Virus record (IMG/VR): IMGVR_UViG_3300037478_000708
Coordinates: 64,001-128,000 of that record
Origin: a virus
Strand: one strand, 5' to 3'
Length of the DNA: 64,000 nucleotides
The translations under genes were made by a program, and so were the position numbers. The notes below the pieces were generated by a model. It saw only the letters and a list, made by a program, of their open reading frames with translations, did no database searches and was not told where the DNA came from. Below, in pieces: positions 27,098-36,858 of the stretch; positions within the stretch are counted from its first letter, which is position 1; each line of letters opens with the position of its first letter.

Positions 27098-28639
27098 ATG
27101 CCGACCCTGAAGAGCGTCACTACGACGGCACAGCCTGCCTCGCCTAGTGTGAACGATGCGTACTTTCTGCCGATCGGTAAGACCGGTGCGGCTTGGTCGG
27201 CGTTTGCCGATCACTCGATCGCGACGTTCGCCCCCTTGTTCGGGTGGGTCAATTCCCCGACCGTTCCCGACGTGATCTACATCGTCGAGGACGAACCCAG
27301 TTCGGGCGGTGACCAGTTCTTGATCTACTCCGGCGCGGGTGTGTTTCGGCCGCTGGGGGTACTGACCGGAGACGCCTCGAGCATCTGGTACGCGGCCGAG
27401 TGGGGGGACGATGCTGCGAGCGGTCGTGACCCCAACGATCCGATGCGCTTGGTCCAGATCGCGATCGACGCTGCTGAAGCGGCCGGTCCGACGCAGGCGG
27501 GTCCGAACAGCGTGGTGGTTCTCGACGCGGAACGGCACGTAGAGGATCTGACGGTCCCGTCGTTCGTGAACGTGTTCATGCCGTTCTCGGTGCTGGCGGG
27601 TGACGTCGATCTTGAAGACCAGTCGAGCTTCAACGCGCACATCCACGAAGGCAGCATCGATCGTGTCACGGGAAGCACGGGCGAGGCTTTCTACAAGGTC
27701 GACCGGCAGATCGGCGCCGTCACGAATACGGTCTCGGGTTCGGTGCTGGTCGTTGCGATCGGTCAGGCTCAGATCATCGACACGTCCGCGATAGGGCTCT
27801 CGCTCACGACGGCCGGCGCTTCGATCCGTGGACGGATCGCGAGTCTGCGCGATCAAGGTGCCGCCACGACCACTGGCATCGTAGTCTCGAACGGTACTTG
27901 TGACCTCGCGGTCGGCGCGATCGAAGCCGACACCGCCTACAACGTGAGCGGCGGGACGCTGCGACTCTCGTGCATTTCGATCACGGGGACGCAGACGCAC
28001 TCGGGCGGAACGCTCGTGCGCGACCTCCTGACGGACGGGTCGCGGCCGATGACGGGCGACCTCGATCTCGACGGCAACGATCTCGACCTCGGAGGCGGCG
28101 GGATCCTCGAGGACGGCGCGGCTGCGGGCGACGTGATGGTCCACGACGGGACCCGGTACGTCGGGGAGACACCAACGGGCACGAGCTTCCCGGGGACGCC
28201 GCGCGAGGGTCAGAAGTTCTACCGCACCGACCTCGAGGAGGAGTTCTACTTCGACAGTTCCCGATCGAAGTGGCTCTCGGTGCGGACGCACTGCATCAAG
28301 GGATTCGCTTCGGCCAACAACACGGCACCGGTGTACCTGTTCGTGAACCCCGCGGTGCCGTACGCGGCTGCGATCGGCTGGGTCTGCCCCTGGGACTGCA
28401 TCGTGGTCGAGTTCAGTGCGCTCGTCATGGTCTCATCGACCTGCACGTTCAGCGTGCGCGATGACGGGACGGACGTGACAGGTGGTTCGCTCGCGCTCAG
28501 TAGCCAGCAGAAGCTCGCGTCCGATTCGATCAACAGCAACACGATCGCGTCGGGTAGCACCGTGTCGCTCGCGCTCACGGCGGGCAGCTTCACCGGCGGC
28601 TGCCTCGTGTACGCTACGTTCCGAAGGGTGGAGACCTGA
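27098..28639 (+). CDS. Tail fibre/spike-like protein with DUF2793-like N-terminus
   Basis: P.SP...D.Y......TGA.W......IA.....W N-terminus; beta-helix middle; DGSRPMTGDLDLDGN; FP..P..G..FYRTD. Confidence 0.7.
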   Translation: MPTLKSVTTTAQPASPSVNDAYFLPIGKTGAAWSAFADHSIATFAPLFGWVNSPTVPDVIYIVEDEPSSGGDQFLIYSGAGVFRPLGVLTGDASSIWYAAEWGDDAASGRDPNDPMRLVQIAIDAAEAAGPTQAGPNSVVVLDAERHVEDLTVPSFVNVFMPFSVLAGDVDLEDQSSFNAHIHEGSIDRVTGSTGEAFYKVDRQIGAVTNTVSGSVLVVAIGQAQIIDTSAIGLSLTTAGASIRGRIASLRDQGAATTTGIVVSNGTCDLAVGAIEADTAYNVSGGTLRLSCISITGTQTHSGGTLVRDLLTDGSRPMTGDLDLDGNDLDLGGGGILEDGAAAGDVMVHDGTRYVGETPTGTSFPGTPREGQKFYRTDLEEEFYFDSSRSKWLSVRTHCIKGFASANNTAPVYLFVNPAVPYAAAIGWVCPWDCIVVEFSALVMVSSTCTFSVRDDGTDVTGGSLALSSQQKLASDSINSNTIASGSTVSLALTAGSFTGGCLVYATFRRVET

Positions 28640-29073
28640 TGGCCGAGATCGTCGCACACGTCACTTCGTCCGGCGTACCGCTGACGACGCCAACGACGCT
28701 GCCGCGCATCACGATCCGGCGGCTCGACACGGGTGCGGCGGTCGTGACGGCGCAGTCGATGACGGAGGTTGGGGACGGCGCGTACCGCTACACGTTCGCG
28801 CCCGACGCCGCGCTCGAGTACAGCGTGATGGTCGACGCGGACCCGCTCGCGGCTGGACAGGTCGGACCGGAGGAGCGTTACCACTTCGGTTCGTTCAGCG
28901 GCATCACGATCGCTCGCATCGAAGACGACATTCCCCGGATCAAGAAGGTGACGGCTAACCGCGTGGTGGTGAACGGCACCGACACGCAGATGGACGTGTA
29001 CGAGGACGACGACACGTCCATTGCGTTCAGCTTCTCCATCTCTGCCGATCGTCGAGACCGCACGCCGATCTAA
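28639..29073 (+). CDS. Hypothetical virion protein
   Basis: 144 aa, coupled; MTEVGDG.YRY.F pattern. Confidence 0.65.
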   Translation: MAEIVAHVTSSGVPLTTPTTLPRITIRRLDTGAAVVTAQSMTEVGDGAYRYTFAPDAALEYSVMVDADPLAAGQVGPEERYHFGSFSGITIARIEDDIPRIKKVTANRVVVNGTDTQMDVYEDDDTSIAFSFSISADRRDRTPI

Positions 29074-31334
29074 TGCCGAACCCGGTCAGCGTCTTCGCCC
29101 TTGCGACGCGTGACCTGGCCTACCCGCCCGGGGTGGAGAGCCCGGTCAGCGTCTTTCCGGTTGCGGTTCGCAATCAGGCGTTCCCGCCGACGCATATCGT
29201 CACCGTCGCGGCCTCCGCGGATCCCGCCGACACGACGATCGCCGGGCAGCTCGTTCTCCAGACGGACGTCAGCGCTTCGGCCGGCGCCGTCACGCTCGTC
29301 CTCGACGTCGACAAGATCGTCCAGACCGACGTCGCCGCCTCCGCCGGAGCCGCGACCTCCGTCTCCTCCGCGCAGCTCGCCCTCCAGACCGACGCCGCCG
29401 TTCAGGCGGGTGCTGCGACTTCCGCGGTCGCCGGACAACGGGTCGTTCAGACCGCTGTCTCCGCGCAGGCCGGATCCGCCGACGTGCTCACGGACGTCGA
29501 CACGATCGTCCAGACCGACCTCGCGCTCCAGGCCGGCGCGGTCACGCTCACCCTCGACGTCGACAAGCTGAGTCAGACGGCTGTCTCCGCTCAGGCGAGC
29601 GTCGCGACGAGTGCGATCGCCGTCGACGTCGGTGCGACCATATCGGGCGATGCGCTCGTTCAGGCGAGTGCGGCGACCTCCGCGATCGCCGGGCAGCGGG
29701 TCGTTCAAACCTCCGTCGCGGCTCAAGCCGGCGCGGCTGTCGTTGCAGCGGCGTCGCAGCTCGTCCCGCAGACCGACGTCGCCGCTCAAGCGGGGTCGGC
29801 GACCTCCGCGGTTGCGGGGCAGCGCGTCGATCAGGTCGGCGTCTCCGTGCAGGCAGGCGCGGCCGACGTGCTCACCGACGTCGACGTGCTCCGGCAGACC
29901 GACCTGGCCGTCTTGGCCGCAACGGCCTCCGTCAGCCTCGACGTCGACAAGCTCAGCCAGACCGACGTCACCGTGCAGGCGGGTGCCGCGACGGTTGCCG
30001 TGGTCACGCAGCTCCCGCTCGCGGCCACGGTTGCCGCCTCCGCCGGTGCGGCCACGGTGGCCATTGCGGCGCAGCGAATCGAGCAGGTCGATCTCGCCGT
30101 CCAGGCGGACCCCGCCGCGAGCAGCGTCGCCGCTCAGCGCGTCTCGCAGGCGTCCCTCGCGCCCGCGGCCTCCGCGGCCTCCGTCAGCCTCGACGCCGAC
30201 AAGCTCAGCCAGACGGCCCCCCAGGTCGCCGCAGGGGCCGCAACGGCGCTGGTCGCCGCGGAGAAGGTCGGGGAGAAGGCTGCGGCCGTGGCAGCGGAGG
30301 CCGGCGCGGCGACCGCTGCCATATCGGCAGACCACATCGCTCAAGCCGACCTCGCCCTCCAGGCCACGGCTGCCGAGGTTGCCCTCGACGCGGATAAGGT
30401 CTCCCAGACCTCCCTGGCGCTCTCCGCAGGCGCCGCGACCGTCTCGGCGGCCGGCGACGTCTTCCAGAGCACGGGCACGGTCACCGCGGCTCAGGGGGCC
30501 TCCCAGGCCGTCGTGGCGGCCCAGCGGGTCGTCCAGACCTCCCTGGCGCTCCAGGCGGCATCTGCGACGGTCTCCGTGGACGCCGATCACGTCGGCCTCA
30601 CGAGTCTGGCGGTGGCCTCGGGCGCAGCCACGGCGCTCCTACAGGCCCAGCGGGTCGTACAGACGGACCTGGCGCTGGCGGCGGCTCCCGCGACCGCGGA
30701 CGTCGACGGCACGGTCATCCAGAGCGAGGTCACCGTCGCCGCGCAGGCCGGGGCGGCCACGGTCGCGCTCGACGCCGACAAGCTGAGCCAGACCGTCCTC
30801 GTGCTGACCGCCGACGCGGCCACGGTCACGTTCGTCATTGAGCAGGGGATCGGCATCTCGACGGTGCTCGCGCTCCAAGCCGGCGCGGCTACGACGGCCG
30901 TCCTCGCTCAGCGGGTCGTGCAAGCCGACGTCGCCGCGGTGGCCGGTCAAGCAACGGTTGCGATCGTCGCGGCTCTCAACGTGGAGGCGTCGGTCGCGCT
31001 CCAAGCCGGCGATGCTCTCGCGGAGATCTCCGCGCAGCGCATCGTGCAGACGGTCGTGACGCTCGCCGCTCGTCCTGCGAAGGCTCGCGCGCTCGACTTC
31101 GTGCTGCCGTTCCAACAGGCGGCGCCGTCGGTTGTCTTCCCGGCGGTCACCGGGCACACTGCCACGGCCGCGCCGAGAACCTCGATCCTCTTGGAGCCCG
31201 TCACCACACACGAAGCCGTGCTGTTCCACGTCCATGACCTGCTCGTCGGTGACGAGATGCCGACGGTGTTTCTCGTCGGCGTGACGCTCTCGGCTGCGCC
31301 CGCGGTCGCGTCGATTCAGGGAGTCGTCGTATGA
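29073..31334 (+). CDS. Ala/Val/Gln-rich protein with about 30 tandem 21-aa repeats
   Basis: Unit QTDVA.QAGAAT.....(Q/D)(R/K)(V/L/I).; 63-nt DNA period seen at 29259, 29322, 29385, 29448, 29511, 29574. Confidence 0.85.
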   Translation: MPNPVSVFALATRDLAYPPGVESPVSVFPVAVRNQAFPPTHIVTVAASADPADTTIAGQLVLQTDVSASAGAVTLVLDVDKIVQTDVAASAGAATSVSSAQLALQTDAAVQAGAATSAVAGQRVVQTAVSAQAGSADVLTDVDTIVQTDLALQAGAVTLTLDVDKLSQTAVSAQASVATSAIAVDVGATISGDALVQASAATSAIAGQRVVQTSVAAQAGAAVVAAASQLVPQTDVAAQAGSATSAVAGQRVDQVGVSVQAGAADVLTDVDVLRQTDLAVLAATASVSLDVDKLSQTDVTVQAGAATVAVVTQLPLAATVAASAGAATVAIAAQRIEQVDLAVQADPAASSVAAQRVSQASLAPAASAASVSLDADKLSQTAPQVAAGAATALVAAEKVGEKAAAVAAEAGAATAAISADHIAQADLALQATAAEVALDADKVSQTSLALSAGAATVSAAGDVFQSTGTVTAAQGASQAVVAAQRVVQTSLALQAASATVSVDADHVGLTSLAVASGAATALLQAQRVVQTDLALAAAPATADVDGTVIQSEVTVAAQAGAATVALDADKLSQTVLVLTADAATVTFVIEQGIGISTVLALQAGAATTAVLAQRVVQADVAAVAGQATVAIVAALNVEASVALQAGDALAEISAQRIVQTVVTLAARPAKARALDFVLPFQQAAPSVVFPAVTGHTATAAPRTSILLEPVTTHEAVLFHVHDLLVGDEMPTVFLVGVTLSAAPAVASIQGVVV

Positions 31335-31678
31335 GCCAAGGGATCAAGATCCCGGTGTTCGTCGGGAACACGGTCAGGCACACGATCAACCTGCGTCGGT
31401 TCGGTCAGAATGCGCCGGCCGACGTCTCCGGCGCGACGCAGATCCTCTTGGAGTGGGAGCTGCCGGACGGGACCAATCAGGCGCCGATCCCCGTGAGCGA
31501 GCTGGAGCCCGGCGCGGATTGGGCGAACGGTGCCGTGGTGGTCGTGATCGCTCCGCCCATCACGAACGCGCAGGCGGACTACCCCTTCGGGCTCACCGTC
31601 TTCATCGCGGGTGAAGAGATCACCTACGACTGCGGCGAGATCAACGTGCGCAACCGGCCGGGCTACCCGTACCCCTGA
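31331..31678 (+). CDS. BppU N-terminal-like small virion protein (end of tail module)
   Basis: G.T....I.L....P.DVSGAT......PDG...D.ANG.V pattern. Confidence 0.6.
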   Translation: MSQGIKIPVFVGNTVRHTINLRRFGQNAPADVSGATQILLEWELPDGTNQAPIPVSELEPGADWANGAVVVVIAPPITNAQADYPFGLTVFIAGEEITYDCGEINVRNRPGYPYP

Positions 31679-31679
31679 T

Positions 31680-32231
31680 CTAGCTCGCCGCGACGACCTC
31701 GCCGAGGAACCGCAGCGGAACGCGGTACAGGCGATCGTTGTACTTGCCGAGGATGCGCCGTCCGCTCACGGACACGATCTCGACCTCCGGGATCGTCGCG
31801 CTGTCCAGCCGCACGACCTGGCCGGGCTTGAGGGAGCGGCGGAGCTTCTTCTTCTCGGCCTTGTCTTGCCAGTACGCGCGCACGCCCTCGCGCCACTCCG
31901 CGCACGCCACGGGGGCGGCGTCGAGGAAGCGCAGCGGGCAGGAGAACGTGTACGAGCCCATCGACTCCTCCATGTCCTTGTAGCCCCAGCCGTAGCCGCG
32001 CTTCGAGGCCAGGAGGAAGAGCGCGATCCACTTCTGTCGCTCCAGTCGCTCCTCGCCGCTCTCGATGTCGGTCGTGATGGTCTCGAACAGGACCCAGAGC
32101 GCGTTGCCCTGGACGGACTTGTCGAGGGCCTTGTGCTCGACGCGGTGACCCCCGTACTCGAAGGGCCTCTGCTCGATCTGCTCGCGGATCACGTCCGCCT
32201 TCGTCGCACCTGAAGTGAATGTCCAACCCAT
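31680..32231 (-). CDS. DUF6927-like protein
   Basis: Starts MGWTF; WGYKDMEESMG....CP.RFLD....WRE motif. Confidence 0.75.
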   Translation of the reverse strand: MGWTFTSGATKADVIREQIEQRPFEYGGHRVEHKALDKSVQGNALWVLFETITTDIESGEERLERQKWIALFLLASKRGYGWGYKDMEESMGSYTFSCPLRFLDAAPVACAEWREGVRAYWQDKAEKKKLRRSLKPGQVVRLDSATIPEVEIVSVSGRRILGKYNDRLYRVPLRFLGEVVAAS

Positions 32232-32256
32232 AGCGATACCAGCCTTTCTGCCTCTC

Positions 32257-32286
32257 TCTTCGTCCTCCCGGAACCCGCGACTTGAG
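32257..32286 (-). promoter_or_regulatory. sigma28-like promoter P1
   Basis: CTCAAG-N16-GACGAAGA upstream of the DUF6927-like gene. Confidence 0.75.
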
Positions 32287-32295
32287 CCCAAAGGC

Positions 32296-32316
32296 CCAGT
32301 GACACGCTGTCACTGA
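32296..32316 (+). repeat. Dispersed palindrome copy 4
   Basis: CCAGTGACACGCTGTCACTGA, 9 bp from the -35 element of P1. Confidence 0.95.
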
Positions 32317-32513
32317 GCAGGGGGCACCTTGGGAAAGGTGCCGTACCTCCGGCAGACGACGCAGCACGCCGTCTCCGCGGCGACGCGTAGGGTCTCCTGC
32401 CGGCGAACCGGCCGGACCGCTCTACGCGCGCAGTCCTCGCTGCACACGTACTCCTGCGCGTCGGTGGCCAGGATCGTTACCCAGCGCGTCCGTTGTTGAT
32501 CGTAGGTCGGCAC
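32310..32513 (-). CDS. Small Cys-containing hypothetical protein
   Basis: 67 aa with CSEDC and CCVVC; fills the gap in the minus-strand operon. Confidence 0.4.
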   Translation of the reverse strand: MPTYDQQRTRWVTILATDAQEYVCSEDCARRAVRPVRRQETLRVAAETACCVVCRRYGTFPKVPPAQ

Positions 32514-32518
32514 GGGGG

Positions 32519-33067
32519 TTACCTCTTCAGCCGGGCGGAGAGCCCGTCGAGCCAGGCGATATCCGCGGCCGTCTGCGGATTACCGACCACGAGCCCGACG
32601 CGGCGCCAGCGGTTGTTGCCGAGGTACCTCATCTCGATCACCCACGTCTCGCGTATGGTGGCACCGAACGCGTTCTGCGCATCGACCCAGCCGTTCACGA
32701 CCCAGGTGCCGTCTCCGAGGTTGAGGGCGCTCTCGCTCGGCTTCTGGTACTCGCCACCGCCGAACCAGCCGGCCGATCCGAAGTCGGCCGTCGACGGCGA
32801 GCGCAGCGCGCTCGTCACGAAGTCCTGCGCCATGACCCACGCGTCGACTGCATCGACCGTGCTGGGCTTCGCCTTGGGCTTCGGTTTCGGTTTGGGCGCC
32901 TCGGTCTCCTTCGCGCTTGCGGCGAAGCTCTTGCTCTCGGTCGTCGTCTCGCTCGCGGCGAGACCCTTGCCGGTCGATACGCGCGGCGTGTCTTCGTCGA
33001 AGCCGAGTGCGATCCCGAGGAGCAGTCCGGCGAGCACGACGATGCACATAAGCGTTCGTAACTTCAT
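32519..33067 (-). CDS. Membrane-anchored / exported protein
   Basis: N-terminal TM helix MKLRTLMCIVVLAGLLLG; LRSPSTADF...VDAQNAFGA motif. Confidence 0.75.
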   Translation of the reverse strand: MKLRTLMCIVVLAGLLLGIALGFDEDTPRVSTGKGLAASETTTESKSFAASAKETEAPKPKPKPKAKPSTVDAVDAWVMAQDFVTSALRSPSTADFGSAGWFGGGEYQKPSESALNLGDGTWVVNGWVDAQNAFGATIRETWVIEMRYLGNNRWRRVGLVVGNPQTAADIAWLDGLSARLKR

Positions 33068-33405
33068 GGTCTTTGAGTAGGGGGTCGCGTTTCGTCGAAA
33101 TTGACCGGACCGCGATCCGCGTTCCGGACGTGGTAGTTGGGGTCGTCGGGGGGCGCCGGGATCCGAACGTTGGGCGCCTGCGCCCCGCCGATCCGAACGG
33201 ACGTGAGCTTGTCGTTCGGGGAGGCTGCCCGGACGGCGCGGTGATACGCCGAAACCGTCGACCGACGAACGTTGCCCCCGCAGACCGGGCACCTGACGGG
33301 AGACGCGCCGCGCGTGCCCAGACAGGCGGATCCGTGGTGCGGAACCCGAACGCGATAGAACGCTCGGCAATCCTCGCACCGGCCGACGGAGTTGATCTTG
33401 CTCAT
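33064..33405 (-). CDS. Zn-ribbon hypothetical protein
   Basis: CEDC and CPVC; coupled to its neighbours. Confidence 0.6.
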   Translation of the reverse strand: MSKINSVGRCEDCRAFYRVRVPHHGSACLGTRGASPVRCPVCGGNVRRSTVSAYHRAVRAASPNDKLTSVRIGGAQAPNVRIPAPPDDPNYHVRNADRGPVNFDETRPPTQRP

Positions 33406-35456
33406 GCTTCACCGACCTGCCGGCGGTACTTGCGAGCCATCTTGACGGCCGCCGCCCACTGCTTGTCCGACAGCAGTCCGCGCGACTCGATCTGCGCGGC
33501 CAGGGAGTGACCGAACTCGCCGTCGAGCTTGTTGAAGCCCATGCCGTTGATCTCCTGCGCCCTGTCGGGATCCATCGAGGCGAGTTGGACCAGCGCCCGA
33601 GCGGCGTGCTCCTCGACGGCGTTCGCGGCCGAGCGGAACTTGCCGCTGACCTGCAGCTCGCGGCCGTCGTAGGCGGAGCCCAACGAGCGCTTGACGCTCG
33701 CGACCGCCTGCTCGGCCTGCTCCGCGGCTTGCCGCGCGACCTCTGCGTTGCGGGCCTCGACCTCGGTCAGGACGGCGGCCGACTGCTCCGCGGCGCGCGC
33801 GAGCGCTTCCGCGGGCGACGCGCCAACGTAGTCGGCCTCGACCGCGCTGGCTTCGACGCTGGCCTCGATGATGCGCTGCTTCTCGGTGAGCAGCTCGACG
33901 ACGCGGGCGTCGACGGCGTGACGCGCGACGAGCCGCTTGACGACGACGCCGCGGTCTTGGCCGATCCGGCACACGCGGTCTTCCGCTTGTTGGTTCAGCG
34001 CAGGAGTCCAGTTCAGATCGACCATGAGCAGGTGGCTCGCCTTGGTCAGCGTCACGCCCACGCCCATCGCGCCGATCGTTCCGGCGACGCCCTTCAGCTC
34101 GCCGGCCTGGAAGCGCTCGACGATCCGGCCGCGCTCGTCGAGGGCGGTCTCGCCCGTGATGACCGCCCACCCTTCGCGCTGGCGCAGCGCTTCGACGGGA
34201 GCGGTGTGAGCGGAGAAGACGACCAGCGGCTCGTCCGCCTCTTCGTACTCCTCGACCAGCTCGAGCATGGCCGGGATCTTGGCCGTGGCCAGCGCCGCGC
34301 GGGCGCGCGAGAGCTGCTCGAAGGCGGCCCCGGTGATCTTGGTCGCCGCGACGTCCGCGTCCGCGTCGTTCAGGTCGATGCCGCTCTCGGCCAGGGTCTC
34401 GAGCACGGCGTCGCACAGCTTGCGGGTCTTCGCGTCGAGATCATTGACCTCGATGTCCTGACGGACCTTGGTCGGCAGCTCGGGCAGCACCTCGAGCCGA
34501 CGGCGGTGCAGCATGACCTTGCGCAGGACGTCGGGGACCTCCTCGCTCGGCTGACCCCAGTCGTAGCCGTACTGCCCCTTGCGGCCGTCGAACAGCCGCA
34601 CGAAGTTGTACCAGTTGCCGAAGGCGGCTTCCGCGAGCCCGGCGGCCTTGAGGACGTGCCACAGCTCCGGCGGGCGGTTCAGGAGCGGCGTGCCGGTGAT
34701 GAGCCACACGCGACCCTGGCTCGCGCTCACCTGCTCGCGAAGCCCCTGCCAGCGCGCGGTGCGCTTGGCCCGGGGGTTCTTCAAGAGGTGCGCTTCGTCG
34801 GCCATCATGACCATGCCGACCGGCGGCATGCCCGGGATCTCTTCGGGGTCCGGCATCACGCCGTAGGTCGCGATGACGACCTCACCCGCGACCGGCCAAC
34901 GGAACTGCCGGCGCGACGCCACGACGGCCGGGGACAGGTCGGGGCGCCACCGGCGGACCTCACCCTCCCACGCGAAGCGCACCGCGCCCGGCACGATGAC
35001 CAGAGCAGCGGCGTTGTCGGGCAGTGCGAGGAGCGCCTGAACGGTCTTGCCGAGACCCATCTCGTCGGTGAGGAGCGCGCTCATGCGCGGGGCGATCCAC
35101 TCGACGCCCGTGCGCTGGTAGGGGTAGAGCGCTTCGCCGCGCTCGGCCAGGGCCACGTCGACCTTGGCGAGACGTTCGCGGCCGGCGGAGAGGAGCGCGG
35201 TCGCCTCCGCGGCCTGCTCGCGCAGACGCTCGGCGACGGCACGGTCGACCTCGACCGGGAGCCCCGCGTCCGTGAGGCCCGCGAGGATCTGCGGCACGGC
35301 GTCGACCGGCGCGCGGTTGGCCTTCTCCGCCGGCACGAAGCGCGCGCCGTTGGAGAAGCAGACGTCCCGGTAGGCGCCGAAGCGGTCGCCGCCGAGGTAG
35401 GCGGTGAGCTTGAGGGTGACCGTTTCGCCGGTCGGATCGAGAGTGAGCTGAATCAT
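33402..35456 (-). CDS. SNF2-family helicase/translocase
   Basis: LYPYQ..G, DEMGLGKT, DEAH.LKN, TGTPLLN, RR....L.ELP, GVGVTLT, WTP...QAEDR..RIGQ. Confidence 0.95.
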   Translation of the reverse strand: MIQLTLDPTGETVTLKLTAYLGGDRFGAYRDVCFSNGARFVPAEKANRAPVDAVPQILAGLTDAGLPVEVDRAVAERLREQAAEATALLSAGRERLAKVDVALAERGEALYPYQRTGVEWIAPRMSALLTDEMGLGKTVQALLALPDNAAALVIVPGAVRFAWEGEVRRWRPDLSPAVVASRRQFRWPVAGEVVIATYGVMPDPEEIPGMPPVGMVMMADEAHLLKNPRAKRTARWQGLREQVSASQGRVWLITGTPLLNRPPELWHVLKAAGLAEAAFGNWYNFVRLFDGRKGQYGYDWGQPSEEVPDVLRKVMLHRRRLEVLPELPTKVRQDIEVNDLDAKTRKLCDAVLETLAESGIDLNDADADVAATKITGAAFEQLSRARAALATAKIPAMLELVEEYEEADEPLVVFSAHTAPVEALRQREGWAVITGETALDERGRIVERFQAGELKGVAGTIGAMGVGVTLTKASHLLMVDLNWTPALNQQAEDRVCRIGQDRGVVVKRLVARHAVDARVVELLTEKQRIIEASVEASAVEADYVGASPAEALARAAEQSAAVLTEVEARNAEVARQAAEQAEQAVASVKRSLGSAYDGRELQVSGKFRSAANAVEEHAARALVQLASMDPDRAQEINGMGFNKLDGEFGHSLAAQIESRGLLSDKQWAAAVKMARKYRRQVGEA

Positions 35457-35480
35457 GGAAGGTGTCTCCTGACTCTCTCC

Positions 35481-35510
35481 CTATCGACGTTCGGGCAGTC
35501 CCGCGTGAAG
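35481..35510 (-). promoter_or_regulatory. sigma28-like promoter P2
   Basis: CTTCAC-N16-GTCGATAG upstream of the SNF2 gene. Confidence 0.65.
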
Positions 35511-35686
35511 TCGATCGGCGGAAATCGCGAGATTCCTCGCCGTCAGCGGGAAGAGCTTTCCCTGCGCGAAAGAGGCAGAGCCGCAGTCAAGTCCACCGGG
35601 GCGGAGATGGAGGGAGGGAGAGATGACCCCCCGGTCTGACCGGGTTTTCACCGGTTCGGAGCATGCTGCGACTCTGCCAGAAAGGT

Positions 35687-35760
35687 TGGTGGATCGGACG
35701 GGGATCGAACCCGTTCGAGGGGTGTCCAAGCTCCCCGCGGACTCGCCAGAGACCCGGCCC
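35687..35760 (-). tRNA. Degenerate tRNA-like RNA (possible Pro-TGG) with encoded CCA
   Basis: GGGCCGG...ACGGG-TTCGATC-CCCGT-CCGATCC-A-CCA: perfect T arm, 6/7 acceptor pairs, loop CTTGGAC; D and anticodon stems aberrant. Confidence 0.55.
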
Positions 35761-35770
35761 ACCGAGAGCG

Positions 35771-36634
35771 CTAGTTGCGGCTCTCGTTGAACGCGAGAGC
35801 GGCGGTGCCCTCGCGCTCGTCTTCGACGAGCTTGCCCACCTCGAAGCCGTAGGCGTCGGTGATGACGCGCGGGAAGCCCTTCACGCCGCGCTCCATGAGA
35901 CGCGGGCTGCTCCACGTCTTCGCGACCTCGGTGACCGCGTTGACGAGCGACCAGAGGTTGCGCGGCCCGAACGCCTCGTGGTACGGGTTCTCCTCGTCGA
36001 GGTACCCGCGGTACACCGCGTCGATCTTGCCGAGCTGACCCCACGCGAACGCGTTGCGACGCGCACCCTCCATGAGGAGACGATCGACGCGTTCGTCGGT
36101 GACCTCTTCGCCGAAGAGGAACTCGAGCAGGCGCTTGGCGTCCGTGGCCTGCTGCGACCAGACCTCCATGCCCTCGGAGATCCCCTGCTCCATGCGCTCG
36201 ACGTTGCCGGAGGTCGTCTTGAAGCCGAAGAGGAAGTCGCCGACGATCATGCCGTTCGCGCAGACCGCGACGCGCTCCCCGTGCACGCCGTACAGACGCA
36301 TGCGCTGCATGTTGGAGTGGCGGAAGCCGACCTCCGGCGTGATCCCACCGGAGCCCGGCAGGTCGGGCATCGACGGCGCGCTCGCCGGGTCGAAGCGCAG
36401 GAAGCCGTAGATGTCGTGGCCGTCGTCGCTCGTGCAGAAGCTCTCGCTCTCCACCCGCAGACCGATTCTCTTCGCGGCCGACTCGATCTCCTCGATCAGC
36501 TCGAGGTGTGGGATGGGCTTCCACCGGCTGCCGGCGCGATCGTCCTTGCGCTGCACGCGCAACTCCTCGACGGTCGGGACGGCGTAGTCGCGCAGGGCGG
36601 CGCGCGTGACCATGTTCTTGCTCGGATACAGCAT
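35771..36634 (-). CDS. DUF932/DUF945-like protein
   Basis: WKPIPH.ELIE, GFRHSN, RV.VCANGMIVG, NLWSLVNAVTE. Confidence 0.8.
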   Translation of the reverse strand: MLYPSKNMVTRAALRDYAVPTVEELRVQRKDDRAGSRWKPIPHLELIEEIESAAKRIGLRVESESFCTSDDGHDIYGFLRFDPASAPSMPDLPGSGGITPEVGFRHSNMQRMRLYGVHGERVAVCANGMIVGDFLFGFKTTSGNVERMEQGISEGMEVWSQQATDAKRLLEFLFGEEVTDERVDRLLMEGARRNAFAWGQLGKIDAVYRGYLDEENPYHEAFGPRNLWSLVNAVTEVAKTWSSPRLMERGVKGFPRVITDAYGFEVGKLVEDEREGTAALAFNESRN

Positions 36635-36858
36635 CGGTCTCTCCGTTGGTGTCGGGTTCGTGAGGGCCGGATTAGCTCCGGCCGCGCCTTGCTTTCACTC
36701 AACCCTACCGAGCCGCTGGAGCGCGTGCGGGGCAAATCTTGAGAAAACCCGCTCCCAGTCGGCAGAAATCCCGCTCGTCCGCCGACCGCGGGTCGGTGCG
36801 CGGGGTAAGCTCCGGGTGTCCGCAAGGAACCCCGATCTTGCATCCAAGGAGTCCTGTA

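Noticed and set aside
22560-28639. Diversity-generating retroelement or invertase-based fibre switching
   Set aside because: No reverse transcriptase, no TR/VR pair with adenine-specific differences, and no recombinase or inverted fibre cassette is visible in the window.
1-31678. Stand-alone eCIS, tailocin or T6SS locus
   Set aside because: It is contiguous with phage accessory genes and a full phage replisome, and the same palindrome family spans all modules, so a phage genome is the simpler reading. Head genes presumably lie outside the window.
35628-35648. Hairpin CCCGGT-CTG-ACCGGG-TTTT as a terminator
   Set aside because: The U tract is on the + strand while the flanking genes are on the minus strand, and the stem is short, so its function cannot be supported.
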